Shown here piece by piece: positions 52,901-63,254 of a stretch of DNA of 64,000 nt. The DNA is taken from NCBI RefSeq assembly GCF_001194135.2, contig NC_068995.1:16296418-16360417 (forward strand), read 5' to 3'. Each line of letters opens with the position of its first letter. Position 1 is the first letter of the stretch. The notes under the pieces are model-generated. The model worked only from the letters and a program-made list of their open reading frames with translations. It did no database searches and was not told where the DNA came from. The stretch is from Octopus bimaculoides (taxonomy: Eukaryota). The position numbers were made by a program, and so were the translations under genes.

Positions 52901-55502
52901 TGGTGACAAAAAGAGGACATTGGGGCTGTAGAAAACTGACCTTAATAAATGAGAAATTGGACATTAAAATGACAATGATGAGGTCAATCTGAAGAGAAAT
53001 TAATTATTTTTAAAACATTGCTTTACTTAGAATTTAATCAAAACTCCTTCCAAAGACTCCTCCCCACCACATTCTTGATAATAATCCTTTCTTATTTTGG
53101 CATAAGGCCAGCAATTTTGAAGGGTGGGAAGTTGATTTCATCGATCCTGGTGCATGACTGGTACTTATTTCATCAACGCCAGGAGGATAAAAAGCAAAGT
53201 TGATCTCAGCAGAATTTAAATTCAAAACTTAATGATGGACAAAATGTTGCTAAGCCTTTTCTCCAGCATGCTAATGGATTCTGTGCCTGCTCACTTTAAT
53301 AATAATTTCTTCTATAGATACAAGGCCTGAAATTTTGTGGGAGGGTGCTTAGTCAATTACATCGACCCCTGTGCTCAATTGATGCTTATTTCATCAGCCC
53401 ACCCCACTCCCCAAAATAAAAGGCACATTAAACTCAGCAGAATTTGAACTCAGAATGTAAAGACGGATGAAATGCTGCTAACGGTTCTGCCAGCTTTGCT
53501 GCCTTAATAATAATAATAATATTAATGGATGTATGGATGGATGTCTGTGTGAGTGTGTATATTTATGTCTCTGCAACATCTATAATAATAATACTGGGTT
53601 GATGCATAATTATTGTGGCTTTTTCTCAACAAATTTTATTCAACAAAAACAATATCAACAGTTAACAAAAACATCTTTAAATGATTATTCCGGAGCATAT
53701 TCACCATCTACTTCAATTACTGCTTCCCATTTGCTTAGCAGACAGCCAAACTGTCACTTAAAGATGTTTTTGTTGAATGTAATTTGTTGAAAAAAAGCCT
53801 CAATAATTATGCACCAACCTAATAGTAATTACAATAATAATAATAATCCTTTTTACTAAAGGCATAAAGTTTTGAGGAGGGGATTAGTTTATTACATTGA
53901 CCCCAATGCTTCACTGGTACTTAATTTATCGACCCTGAAATGATGAAAGGCAAAGTCGACTTCAGCAGAATTTGAACTTAGAATGTAAAGATGGACAAAA
54001 TACCACTAAGCATTTTCCTCGGTGTGCTAATGACTCTTGATAATAATGATAGTAATGGTTTCAAATTTTTGCACAAGGCCAGCAAGTTCAGGGGTGGGAG
54101 TAAGTCAATTACATCATCCACCAGTACTCAACTGGTACTTATTTTATTGACCACTGAAAGGATGACAGGCAGAGTCGGCCTCGTGGGAATTTGAACTCAG
54201 AACATAAAGATGGACAGATGGACGAAATGCTGCCGACCATTTCACCCAGCATGCTAACAGTTCTGCCAGCTTGTCAGCTTAAATACTACTAATAATACTA
54301 CTAATAATACTACTAATAATACTACTAATAATACTACTAATAATACTACTAATAATACTACTAATAATACTACTAATAATACTACTAATAATACTACTAA
54401 TAATACTACTAATAATACTACTAATAATACTACTAATAATACTACTAATAATACTAATAATAATACTACTAATAATACTAATAATAATACTACTAATAAT
54501 AACAACAACCAGATGAACCAATAGCCAGAACAGCATTAACATCTCATATTTTGAACAGAAATATATCAGAGAAATTTATTATTTTTCTCCTTCCTTTTTC
54601 AAATGAACCAACCAATTTTATAACAAAGTAATACTTTTGCTGAAACTTCTCAGAGGACTGCAAAAAGCAGGAGAGAGAAAGAGAGAATGAAACAAGAAGC
54701 AAAAATTGATAATTGACTTACGAAAATTTTTGAATTGGTCAATCTAAAGTGAACCACAGACAACTAAGTGATTTAGTAGAGCAATTCTTTGGAGACAAAA
54801 TAATAATTTAAGTAGTAGTTCTGTTCTCCGCAAAAATTTACTTTTGATTCTTTTTCGGTGCGTTGAAAAAAAAAGCAACAAAAAAAAAAACGAAAATAAA
54901 ACCGAAAAAAAAAGGGTGGAGTTTGAGGAGGAGGTGCAGAACAAAATGTAGCAACAACAGCAACAACAATAACAACACAGGAACAGTAGTGTTCTGCCAC
55001 CCTCTTTTTTTCGTGCTTTGTTTTACTTTTGTCTTATGTTTTTTTTTCTGTTGTTGTTGCTTGTTTCATTGTTTCATTCTTGTCTTTTCTATTAAGTCCA
55101 CTCTAAATCCACCTGAAGCCATAATAAAATATCATAAAACACACTTCTAGTAAATCATTTCGGTTAATTCTTTTAGACATCTGTTAGACACCTTCTGCGG
55201 TGGTAGAGGTAACAGAAAACAGAAAAAAGAAATAAAAACAAAAAGAAAAGAAAAACAAAAAGAAAACCTCAAAAAAGGAAAAAAGGCAAGGCTACAGCTT
55301 CAAATGACTATAGATTGCACCGAAAAGCAATTTAGCACTTTACAGCAATGCATAATGCACAGACAAGATTTGTTGTACCCAAAACTGTTCTTATCCCAAG
55401 GGGCATACATGCACACAGACACATAGACACACATTGATTCATATGTATATGTATAATGTATGTGTGTGTGTTTGTCTGTCTGTCTATGTATATATATATG
55501 TG

Positions 55503-55542
<40 letters not shown>

Positions 55543-56049
55543 AATATGCATATATTTATGTGTATATATGTATGAATATGTATATATATATATATATACA
55601 TGTGTATATGTATAAGCGTATATACGTACTATATATATGTATATATTTATAAATATATATGTATATGTATGTATATGTATATATTTATAAATATATATGT
55701 ATGTATATGTATATATAAGTATATACATCTATGTGTATATATATATATGTATATATATATATGTATATATATATATNNNNNNNNNNACACACTTCTAGTA
55801 AATCATTTCGGTTAATTCTTTTAGACATCTGTTAGACACCTTCTGCGGTGGTAGAGGTAACAGAAAACAGAAAAAAGAAATAAAAACAAAAAGAAAAGAA
55901 AAACAAAAAGAAAACCTCAAAAAAGGAAAAAAGGCAAGGCTACAGCTTCNNNNNNNNNNNNNNNNNNNNNNNNNNNNNNNNNNNNNNNNNNNNNNNNNNN
56001 NNNNNNNNNNNNNNNNNNNNNNNNNNNNNNNNNNNNNNNNNNNNNNNNN

Positions 56050-56082
<33 letters not shown>

Positions 56083-56449
56083 TCATACATGCATATATGT
56101 AGAGACATATATTTGAATATGTATGTGCATATATATGTATATATTTCTCTGTGTGTGTATATATATATATATCTTTATGTCTCTAAATGTATGTGTGTGT
56201 GCACAATATGTATAAATATATATCTAAATAGGTGTAGGCATACCTGTGTGATAAAGAAACTCACTTTAGAAACCCTGAATTTAGGGCTTCAGTCCTAACT
56301 TCATGAACATCATTGACTAACATCCTGTACTGTAGCCATAGGTTAACCAATACTTTGAGATGGGAAATTAAGAGAGACAGGAAATAAAGAAGCCTGTTGC
56401 TTGTGTGTGTGTATACATATGTATGTATAACTGTGTGTGTGTGTGTATA

Positions 56450-56484
<35 letters not shown>

Positions 56485-57794
56485 GTATTTGTGTGTGTGT
56501 ATGTGTGTGTGTGTGCGTGTATACATGTGTTTCATTTAATGTCCTCACATGCTCACATTTTTCGGAAAAACAACAGCCTTACTATTTAATACAGGTGGTG
56601 TTGTAAGCATACATTCAACTGTGAAAGCCCAGTTGGGCTTCATGACATATCTTAACACTTTGTCATAGATTTTGCAAGCAATAGAATCTAGCAACTGTGT
56701 CCAGACTGCATTGTTATTTGATAGATAAGTTGGGATTCTTACTCTATATATATAAAGAGAGAGAGAGAGAGAGAAAGAGAAGAGTCGGATAACTAGAAGA
56801 TATGTTTATATATAAATATGTATATACATGTATTTGTGTATATATATGTGTGTATGTAGAAAGGTAATGTGTATATATGTGTATGCGTGTATAGGTATGT
56901 AGTTATATATATATATATATATATACACACACGCACGCACACACACATATACACATCTGGAAGACACACAATGCAAGAGCGCACCTTTGATGCAAATCTG
57001 CAAGTCTGATGAAGTGCTTCTCTTAAGTCTAAAACTGCAAATATTATGTAAATCTTCACTTTGAACTTTTACATAAACTTTTACATAAACTGGCGTTGAA
57101 AGCAGAGTTACAACAGAAACAGTTGTAACTGATCATTAAAGATGTGTTGAAGTATTTCTTTGCCTTATTTGGATTATATTTTACTTTTCACTAAACTGGC
57201 ACAACAGTTTCACCGTTGTGAAATCAGGATTTTTTACACCTGAAGAATTTCGGTATCAATCTGGAATCTGATAGTGTTGATAGCCCAGAACTCTGGTTGA
57301 GTGCTACAATGGAAATACCCTATCTTTATACCCTATCAGCCCCTTATATGTAATGCGTATGAATGAAGACAGTTGCATCAAGAGACACTGACCTCTAATT
57401 GTAGAGAGAACTACAGATGTTGGGACTCACAGAGGGGATAACAGTGGACTGAGACTCCTGATGGTTTGCTGTGATATATATATATATATATATATATGAT
57501 ACATATACAAGGGGGTGTTGAAAAGTTCCTAGCTTTAAGGGTATTGTGAAAGACCTAGCCAGGGACACATCCTTCTGAGTGCTTTTACAGGGCTTAGAAA
57601 AACTGAAGAACCACTGCAGTAAGTGTGTGAATCTGTTATATTTTGAGTTCTATTTTTCTTGTTTGCACCAACATATGCATGTATGCATGTATGTATGTAT
57701 GTATGTATGCATGTATGTATGTATGCATGTGTGTGTGTGTGCATGCGCATGTGTATCCATACACACACGGTTTTTTTCTGTGCTCCTCTTTAGC

Positions 57795-57831
<37 letters not shown>

Positions 57832-58046
57832 GCTCTAATTTTCATCTTCAATCTCAGTAGAAATGTAGTTTCATTCTGATTGTTTGTATTTTGTTTTCTT
57901 TTTAAATTTTTATTTTTATTTTCTTGATGTGATATTTATTCATTTAATCTCTTTTTTTCTTTTATCGTGTATTTCAATTTCAGGTATAGGACTTTTAGAT
58001 CAAATAGGCTCAATCTCTGCTAATTATCTTCCTAACTCTGTGATAG
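29957..58046 (+). CDS. COG1: COG1 (conserved oligomeric Golgi complex subunit 1), partial spliced gene: 11 exons found, ~60 aa internal segment and whole C-terminal part missing
   Basis: Manually spliced exons 29957-29981, 32695-32779, 33115-33159, 34699-34765, 35905-36011, 36626-36695, [missing], 40495-40536, 42585-42671, 45703-45853, 47922-47975, 57984-58046. All introns are GT-AG and all phases match. Translation includes [64 protein letters not shown] and GIKQQIC, matching remembered human COG1 motifs [64 protein letters not shown] and GIKAQIC. Confidence 0.95.
32695..32779 (+). CDS. COG1: COG1 exon 2 ([27 protein letters not shown])
   Basis: TTCAG acceptor, GTAAGT donor; aligns with COG1 'LFE...EEIR' region. 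Confidence 0.9.
33115..33159 (+). CDS. COG1: COG1 exon 3 ([14 protein letters not shown]), 45 nt
   Basis: Polypyrimidine tract + CAG acceptor, GTAAGC donor; diagnostic KKEELR.MVG motif. Confidence 0.95.
34699..34765 (+). CDS. COG1: COG1 exon 4 ([22 protein letters not shown])
   Basis: TTTGCAG acceptor, GTAAGT donor; [13 protein letters not shown] matches the remembered COG1 motif exactly. Confidence 0.97.
34973..36467 (+). repeat. Direct intronic duplication: 34973-35189 (217 bp) and 36269-36467 (199 bp), flanking COG1 exon 5
   Basis: Roughly 90% identical by eye; the second copy lacks 18 nt. Confidence 0.92.
35905..36011 (+). CDS. COG1: COG1 exon 5 ([35 protein letters not shown])
   Basis: TTACAG acceptor, GTCAGT donor; phase 0 to phase 2 fits both neighbours; no stop. 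Confidence 0.88.
36626..36695 (+). CDS. COG1: COG1 exon 6 ([23 protein letters not shown])
   Basis: TTTCAG acceptor, GTTTGT donor; FYS.A.QIKLLL..PEK motif. Confidence 0.95.
37963..38002. repeat. Perfect 40-bp palindrome of telomeric repeats, TT(AACCCT)3(AGGGTT)3AA
   Basis: Read directly; embedded in an element (~37730-38067) whose right part runs into the gap. Confidence 0.95.
39278..39542 (+). mobile_element. tRNA-headed SINE with hammerhead-like tail and 12-bp TSD
   Basis: A-box-like TAGTGTAGTGG, B-box GAGTTCGATTCC (39336-39347), anticodon-loop-like CTACTAA, internal (AAT)n, 3' (AATGTAAAT)2; TSD ATGGGCAGTATT at 39266-39277 and 39543-39554. Confidence 0.85.
39445..39490 (+). ncRNA. Minimal hammerhead-ribozyme-like motif in SINE tail (C3 changed to U)
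   Basis: GACAU-UUGAUGA-A-GGCUG GAGGGUAUAU CAGCC-GAAA-CG-UU-GUGUU. Perfect 5-bp stem II, 5-bp stem I with two wobbles, palindromic AACGUU stem III. Confidence 0.6.
40495..40536 (+). CDS. COG1: COG1 exon ([14 protein letters not shown]), 42 nt
   Basis: TTAG acceptor, GTAAGT donor, phase 0-0; positional match to COG1 ESKMLL...SDQ immediately before the next exon. Confidence 0.8.
40621..40747. mobile_element. 127-bp Tc1/mariner-type MITE with TA TSD
   Basis: ~30-bp TIR CAGGGTGTCCACAA(A/G)GTCTGG(G/C)TA(T/C)ATGG; TA at 40619-40620 and 40748-40749. Confidence 0.92.
42021..42255 (+). mobile_element. SINE family B representative (about 20 copies in the window)
   Basis: Head AAGGCAGCGAGCTGGCAGAA..GAGTTCAAATTCC, central GCCTTTCATCCTTTCGGGG..AAGTACCAG. 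Other approximate copies: 5935-6160(+), 7545-7720(+), 8830-9050(-), 9650-9835(-), 11070-11225(+), 11515-11735(-), 24345-24450(-), 27970-28100(+), 37565-37725(-), 41675-41885(-), plus the two clusters listed separately. Confidence 0.9.
42585..42671 (+). CDS. COG1: COG1 exon ([29 protein letters not shown])
   Basis: T-rich tract + TAG acceptor, GTGAGT donor; strong COG1 motif. Confidence 0.96.
42921..43109 (-). mobile_element. piggyBac-type MITE, degenerate copy in opposite orientation
   Basis: TTAA|CCCATTAGCATT start; reverse complement aligns with 44633-44835. Confidence 0.7.
43336..43755 (+). mobile_element. SINE family C representative with internal (TA)n/(TG)n microsatellite (15 or more copies)
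   Basis: tRNA-like head (GGTTCAGTCCC), CCTTGGGCAAGTGTC CORE-like segment, tail GGTGCTCCAGCATGGC..TGACTGAAACAAGTAAAAG. Other approximate copies: 4195-4640(-), 5125-5530(+), 12730-12960(-), 20780-20990(-), 23250-23416(-), 32170-32390(-), 35230-35400(+), 36720-36985(-), 40810-41170(+), 48120-48810(+, two), 51730-51960(+), 52420-52600(+), 58555-59270(+). Confidence 0.9.
44633..44835. mobile_element. piggyBac-type MITE with TTAA TSD
   Basis: TTAA|CCCTTTAGC...GCTAAAGGG|TTAA; related copies at 42921-43109, 45171-45595 (interrupted) and ~37150-37329. Confidence 0.85.
45171..45595 (+). mobile_element. piggyBac-type MITE interrupted by a (GAT)n-tailed retroposon (45241-45455)
   Basis: MITE sequence resumes at ATTATCTC after the insert; ATGC is repeated at both junctions. 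Confidence 0.75.
45703..45853 (+). CDS. COG1: COG1 exon ([50 protein letters not shown])
   Basis: Long pyrimidine tract + CAG acceptor, GTTAGT donor; GIK.QIC...FYT motif. Confidence 0.93.
47922..47975 (+). CDS. COG1: COG1 exon ([17 protein letters not shown]), 54 nt
   Basis: TTCCAG acceptor, GTAAGT donor, phase 1-1; resembles COG1 LFSTLETIT. Confidence 0.8.
50466..51641. other. Gap-flanking identical duplication (50466-50785 = 51325-51641), probable assembly artefact
   Basis: ~320 identical bp on both sides of the 50786-51323 N run. Confidence 0.85.
53085..54280 (-). mobile_element. Cluster of four same-orientation SINE family B copies
   Basis: Copies at ~53085-53298, 53305-53507, 53845-54030 and 54053-54280, each abutting a TAA-rich run. 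Confidence 0.85.
54285..54500. repeat. 12-bp tandem repeat (ACTAATAATACT)n, ~18 copies
   Basis: Read directly; source of the SSII and LLVV ORFs. Confidence 0.95.
55138..55950. other. Identical ~160-bp duplication (55138-55300 = 55788-55950) at contig edges, probable assembly artefact
   Basis: The second copy starts right after Ns and ends right at Ns. Confidence 0.8.
57508..57650 (+). mobile_element. Truncated copy of the same mariner-derived element
   Basis: TA|CAAGGGGGTGTTGAAAAGTTCCT left TIR; internal sequence aligns with 9433-9560. Confidence 0.7.
57984..58046 (+). CDS. COG1: COG1 exon ([20 protein letters not shown]), 63 nt, after a 10,008-bp intron
   Basis: TTTCAG acceptor after a long T-rich tract, GTGAGT donor, phase 1-1; resembles COG1 G.L...HLPASIV. 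Confidence 0.8.
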
Positions 58047-58177
58047 GTGAGTTGCCATTAAATTTCTTTTCAACTTTCTATTGCTGTTTTATGTACTTTT
58101 AGCCTTTGGTCACACACTCCACTGCCATCACAAGTTTAGCACCTGGTGGGTGATGGGTAAGGGATAGTGTGAATGCA

Positions 58178-58208
<31 letters not shown>

Positions 58209-58439
58209 TAGATTGTGTGGTTTAGTTGAGTAACGATCTTTAAAATGTTCTTTTATAGAATTTTCACATCTGTTGCTCATTTGCAAAAGCAAGGGTTATA
58301 TTCTGCAAACCAATGTATGGCTAAATGCTGGCATAGCTGTCTAACTGAGAAGTTAGTTTTATCTTGTAAGTGAAATTCAGTTGATGAAAACTGTACAGAA
58401 GCCTCGTGTGTATGCATGCATGCATGTATGCTTGCATGA

Positions 58440-58472
<33 letters not shown>

Positions 58473-58507
58473 CTATCTATCTATCTATCTGTCTATTTGT
58501 CTAGCTG

Positions 58508-58548
<41 letters not shown>

Positions 58549-60184
58549 ATATATTATAGGCACAGGAGTGGCTGTGTGGTAAGTAGCTTGCTTACCAACC
58601 ACATGGTTCTGGGTTCAGTCCCACTGCGTGGCACCTTGGGCAAGTGTCTTCTACCATAGCCTCGGGCTGACCAAGGCCTTGTGAGTGGATTTGGTAGACA
58701 GAAACTGAAGAAAGCCTGTCATATATGTGTGTGTGTATGTTTGNNNNNNNNNNNNNNNNNNNNNNNNNNNNNNNNNNNNNNNNNNNNNNNNNNNNNNNNN
58801 NNNNNNNNNNNNNNNNNNNNNNNNNNNNNNNNNNNNNNNNNNNNNNNNNNNNNNNNNNNNNNNNNNNNNNNNNNNNNNNNNNNNNNNNNNNNNNNNNNNN
58901 NNNNNNNNNGTCCCCATAACTTAGCAGTTCGGCAAAAAGAAACCGATAGAATAAGTACTAGGCTTACAAAGTATAAGTCCTGGGGTCGATTTGTTCGACT
59001 AAAGGTGGTGCTCCAGCACATATATATATATATTTATATATATGTGTGTATGTATATATTTGTGTGTCTATGTTTGCCCCCCCCCCCTCAACATCGCTTG
59101 ACAACCGATGTTGGTTTGTTCATGTCCCTATAAGCTAGTAGTTCTATAAAAGAGACCGGTAAAATAAGTACTAAGCTTACAAAGAATAAGTCCTTGGGTC
59201 AGTTTGCTTGACTAAAGGTGGTGCTCCAGCATGGCCACAGTGAAATACCTGAAGCAAATAAAAGAATAAAAGGACATATGCACACACTAATATAAGAAAT
59301 GCCAATTTTTATTTATTTATTAATTCTTGGTTGCTGATTGTTCTCTTTCTCTCTGCAATGCTGAAAGAAGTGGAAGAGGCAGTACTGTACAGAGAGACAG
59401 CTTAGCTAAGACAAATGTTAGGGGGTCATTAATAGAGCAGGAAGGGGAGGGAGAGGTAATCAGCAGTTACCTAACAGTCAGGTAAGTAAACAGTGAAAAG
59501 GAGGAAGAAAAAGTGGGTGCAGAAGAGATTATGTGAATAGGAAAGAGGGAAGGTAGAGCACTACAATAAAGAGGTAGAAAGAGACACAGATGGAGGATAT
59601 GATGCTGAAGTAGGGTTAGGGAGACCTTGGTAAATGATGAGAAGGAGAGGTTGCATTTGAGTGAAAGGAAATTAAAGAAAGAAATGAGACAGAGGAAGAA
59701 ATGAAAAATGTATGTGAAGGAGTCAGTAAGAATAATAGGGGTTAGTAAGGGGTGATGAAAGAAAAAGTTTAGCTGACACAAAACAAAATGAAATGCAAAG
59801 AGAAAATGAAGCAAGGCTTGAAGCAAAGATGTCAAGAATTAATGAAAGGAGACAGGCATGAACCTTACCATTTTTCTTAGGCACTGTGTTACTCGAGAAG
59901 TATTGGTAAAATGTGTCATTCACTTGGTTACGTCTGTGCAATAGACTTACGCATGCAACGTTGAGCAGATATAAACAACAATAGAAGCAGTTATTCCAAC
60001 AATAAATTATGCAAATGTGAGCCTATAAGAGAGCTTTGCATAGTTGCAGTTAACAAACAGATCTCCTACAAGCCATCTTAACATCCAAAATGTGGAAAGT
60101 CTCACTAGGCACACTATCTCTGTGCCCCAAAGTTTTTTTTTTTAATGGAAAAGATAAAGAAATGCTCACTACTAGAATAGTCTT

Positions 60185-60672
60185 AGATTTGCTTGATTAG
60201 GCTACAAAACTTTTGATTATAAATTTGCTTGATCAAGGCTGGGGCATCCTTGATCATAGGTTTATAGGGTAGTTTGATCATCAGTTTGCTTGATCAAGGC
60301 TCAAACACTTTTGATTATAGGTTTGTTTGATCAAGACTAAACAACTTTTGATCATAGATTTGCTTGATTAGGCTAGTAGACCTCTCAACATAGATCATGA
60401 CTAGAGCATCTTTAATCATAGCTTTGCTTGATCTATGTTAAACAGCTTTTGACCTTGTTTCATTGATCATGGTGAAACAACTGTTAATCAAGACTAGAAA
60501 ACCTTTGATGCTAGGTTTCTGTCATCAAGGCTGAATGACTTTTGATCATGGGTTTGCTTGATCAAGCTAGTAAACCTTTAACCCTAGGCCTTTTTGATCA
60601 CGACTTGTTCACTTTTGATCTTAGGTTTGCTTGACGTAGGTTAGAACAAAGGTTTACTTGATCAAGGCTGGA
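60185..60672. repeat. Degenerate ~38-bp minisatellite built from two TTGATCA-containing half units
   Basis: Consensus near TTTGCTTGATCAAGGCTAAACAACTTTTGATCATAGGT, roughly 12-13 units. Confidence 0.8.
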
Positions 60673-62432
60673 CTAAATAACATATGAATGTGTTACTTTA
60701 TAGACTCAGTGAAAGGTGAAACCAAGATATAAAATCCTTACTCACCCTTCCAAAAAACAAAAAGTATTAGAAGAAAACAAAGAAAAGATTTCCATGTAGT
60801 TTTTGTGTGACAAGCAAATATCTGTTACTATATTAATGTAAGATTGTTTATAAAATAGTCTTTCAAAGTGATTCTGTTGCTTTGTCATGTTTACACTTTT
60901 GAGGAAAGCATATTGGTTTTGCTTTATATAACATTGCAGCTCTGTTAACTTCCATATGATATGTTTTTGCCGATGGACATCTATCAACTGGCCAATTCAG
61001 CTGGACAATGTATTGATTAAAGCTGACATCTACTTTAGATTTATTGAACATACTAAACAAAGGTTGATGCTGCTATTCTCAAGATGCTCTGTCTGGAATA
61101 TGACAGTATGATAAGAATTGGTTTTTGTTTTAGCAAAGCATTGCTAAACTCTAGTTAGTCACATGCTAAATCACCTTGTTACAACATTTTCTTTTTGCTT
61201 GCCATTTCAGAGTCTATTATGTTATCTGTTTCCTGCAAGTAATTTTTCTTCCTTCATGATGATTTATTGCTGAGAGAAACTAGCTTTCTTTGAGTCCAGC
61301 TTTTTATCAAAGAACTTTGGTGGAAGTTACACTAACCCTTTGCAGATTTAATGACTAAACTAGTTGTTTGTTGTTTATTCTGTACCAGTTCTAATTTGTT
61401 TCCTATTTGCAGACTTTGCAATATTCTTGTACAGAAAACTTGCTCTATGAAAATTATTTAATTATTATTTAATTTAATTTAATTTAATCAAAAAGAAAAT
61501 AATTAGTTTTAATTAAGATTAGAAATCACTTCAAAAATAAATATGCAAGCTTTGTTTGGACTTGCCTGGAACTGTGCTCATTTTCAAGATGTCATAACTG
61601 ATATGACGAGACCATATTTGATTAGCCGTGTTTGTCTGGTAATCTGTGATAATCTATTATATTAATTAATTCATTTTTGCTCTGTTATCATCATCATCAT
61701 CATTGTCACTAGTAGTGGCAGCAGCAAATACATTTTGAGTTTGATTTTTCATGTTAATACAGTACACCCAAGTCAGAATCTATGCCTCTGTAATTGTTAT
61801 TTAGTTTCAGTATATTCCTAATCTGTGATCAGAAGCATTCCAGCCATGGCCTTCACATTTTGTTTTCAGAAGCAGTGTATTCAGAGTGTGATTTAAATGA
61901 AATTTAACTGCTGTTCCTAGCAGTTCAATTGACTACATAGAAGCTCATTTTTGGTCAGTTCTTTCATGAATCATGGCTATCTTAATTAAATATTAATTAT
62001 TCATAGCAAATTCCGTTATCAGAACCTCTTGATGATCATTCAATCTGACAGAAATAGTAGCTATATTCATTCAACTCATCTCCTTGTTTGAAAAATAGGA
62101 TGACGCACTGGATAATCTAGTCTCATTCATATAAGACTAGAGAGCCATGGCTGGACTGTCTTCAATTGTAGATCTGCTTAATTGGGTTGTGCTTGAGTTA
62201 CAACAACATAATCATTTACAAGCCAATGGGGGAGCATCTATGTAGACAGTCAATTTTCTTCAAATAGCAGCCAAATTTTCAAATCGCAACCTACAGCTTT
62301 TTTTAAAAAAAGTAGGACTTATTGCATAATATAACTGGTGATACATTGACTTAATAAAGGGTGGGATGGTCATAGTTGGAAAGCTTTTATCTTTGGTGAA
62401 CTGGGGCTAAATAATAACATAGTCATTTATAT

Positions 62433-62581
62433 CTACACTCTCGGAGTGGTTGGCGTTAGGGAGGGCATCCAGCTGTAGAAACTCTGCCAGATCAGATTGG
62501 AGCCTGGTGTAGCCATCTGGTTTCACCAGTCCTCAGTCAAATCGTCCAACCCATGCTAGCATGGAAAGCGGACGTTAAACA

Positions 62582-62622
<41 letters not shown>
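62433..62622 (+). mobile_element. Short retroposon family D (3' end with (GAT)n tail)
   Basis: GGTTGGCGTTAGG..GGGCATCCAGCTGTAGAAAC..CCAACCCATGCTAGCATGGAAAGCGGACGTTAAAC(GAT)n. Other approximate copies: 33850-34010(-), 38880-38990(+), 39770-39960(-), 42260-42480(-), 43900-44030(+), 45241-45455(+), 46075-46449(+), 46795-47075(+), 62790-62960(+), 63811-64000(-). Confidence 0.9.
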
Positions 62623-62624
<2 letters not shown>

Positions 62625-63254
62625 AATCAATCAAAATTTCCTGACAACTTCATGTAAACTCCTGTTTGGATTTCTTTGCATCCATTATCTCCAAAATATT
62701 CTTACCTTCATTATCTAGGATACATTTCAACCTGTTACCTCAGTTTTCCTTGTCTTCATCATTTGGGTAGCTGTCGGATCTTTTACTCTAAGGGCATTCT
62801 GATGTTATGAAGGGCATCCAGCCATAGAAACCATGCCAAATCAGATTGAAGTCTGGTGCAAGCCCCTCAGCTTACCAATCCTGTTCAAATCATCCAACCC
62901 ATGCCAGCATTGACAACAGATGTTAAGTGATGATGAGGATCATGATGATGATGATGATTAGTCAGGTGGGAAGGCAGTACCCAATACTGCTCAGAGGGAC
63001 TCCAAAACTAGTGAAGATCTTTTCCAAGTGGAGATCTATTTCACATACTTGCAACAGAATGGACTCTGCTAAAGATACTGGTTATTACCAGGTGGTGGTA
63101 TTCAGCCAGGCAGCCTGTTTACTCTCAAGTTTTCTTGTCTTTATTACCTAGAATGTCTTTACACCCATGGTCACAAGTGTTTTTAACCTTCATTCTTTCA
63201 GATGTGCTTCTAATTATTATTTGGTTTACCTTTGTCAATATTTCCAGGACATTT

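Noticed and set aside
54254-54542. LLVV- and SSII-repeat ORFs resembling membrane proteins
   Set aside because: Translation of a 12-bp tandem repeat.
57237-57300. Additional minus-strand exon candidate ([21 protein letters not shown] or [21 protein letters not shown])
   Set aside because: Weak donor (GTGTAA) and ambiguous frame; it does not fit the phase chain with the 56352 acceptor.
59881-59905. Possible next COG1 micro-exon (GTVLLEKYW)
   Set aside because: Weak donor (GTAAAA), and it does not match the expected EFQP...-like continuation.
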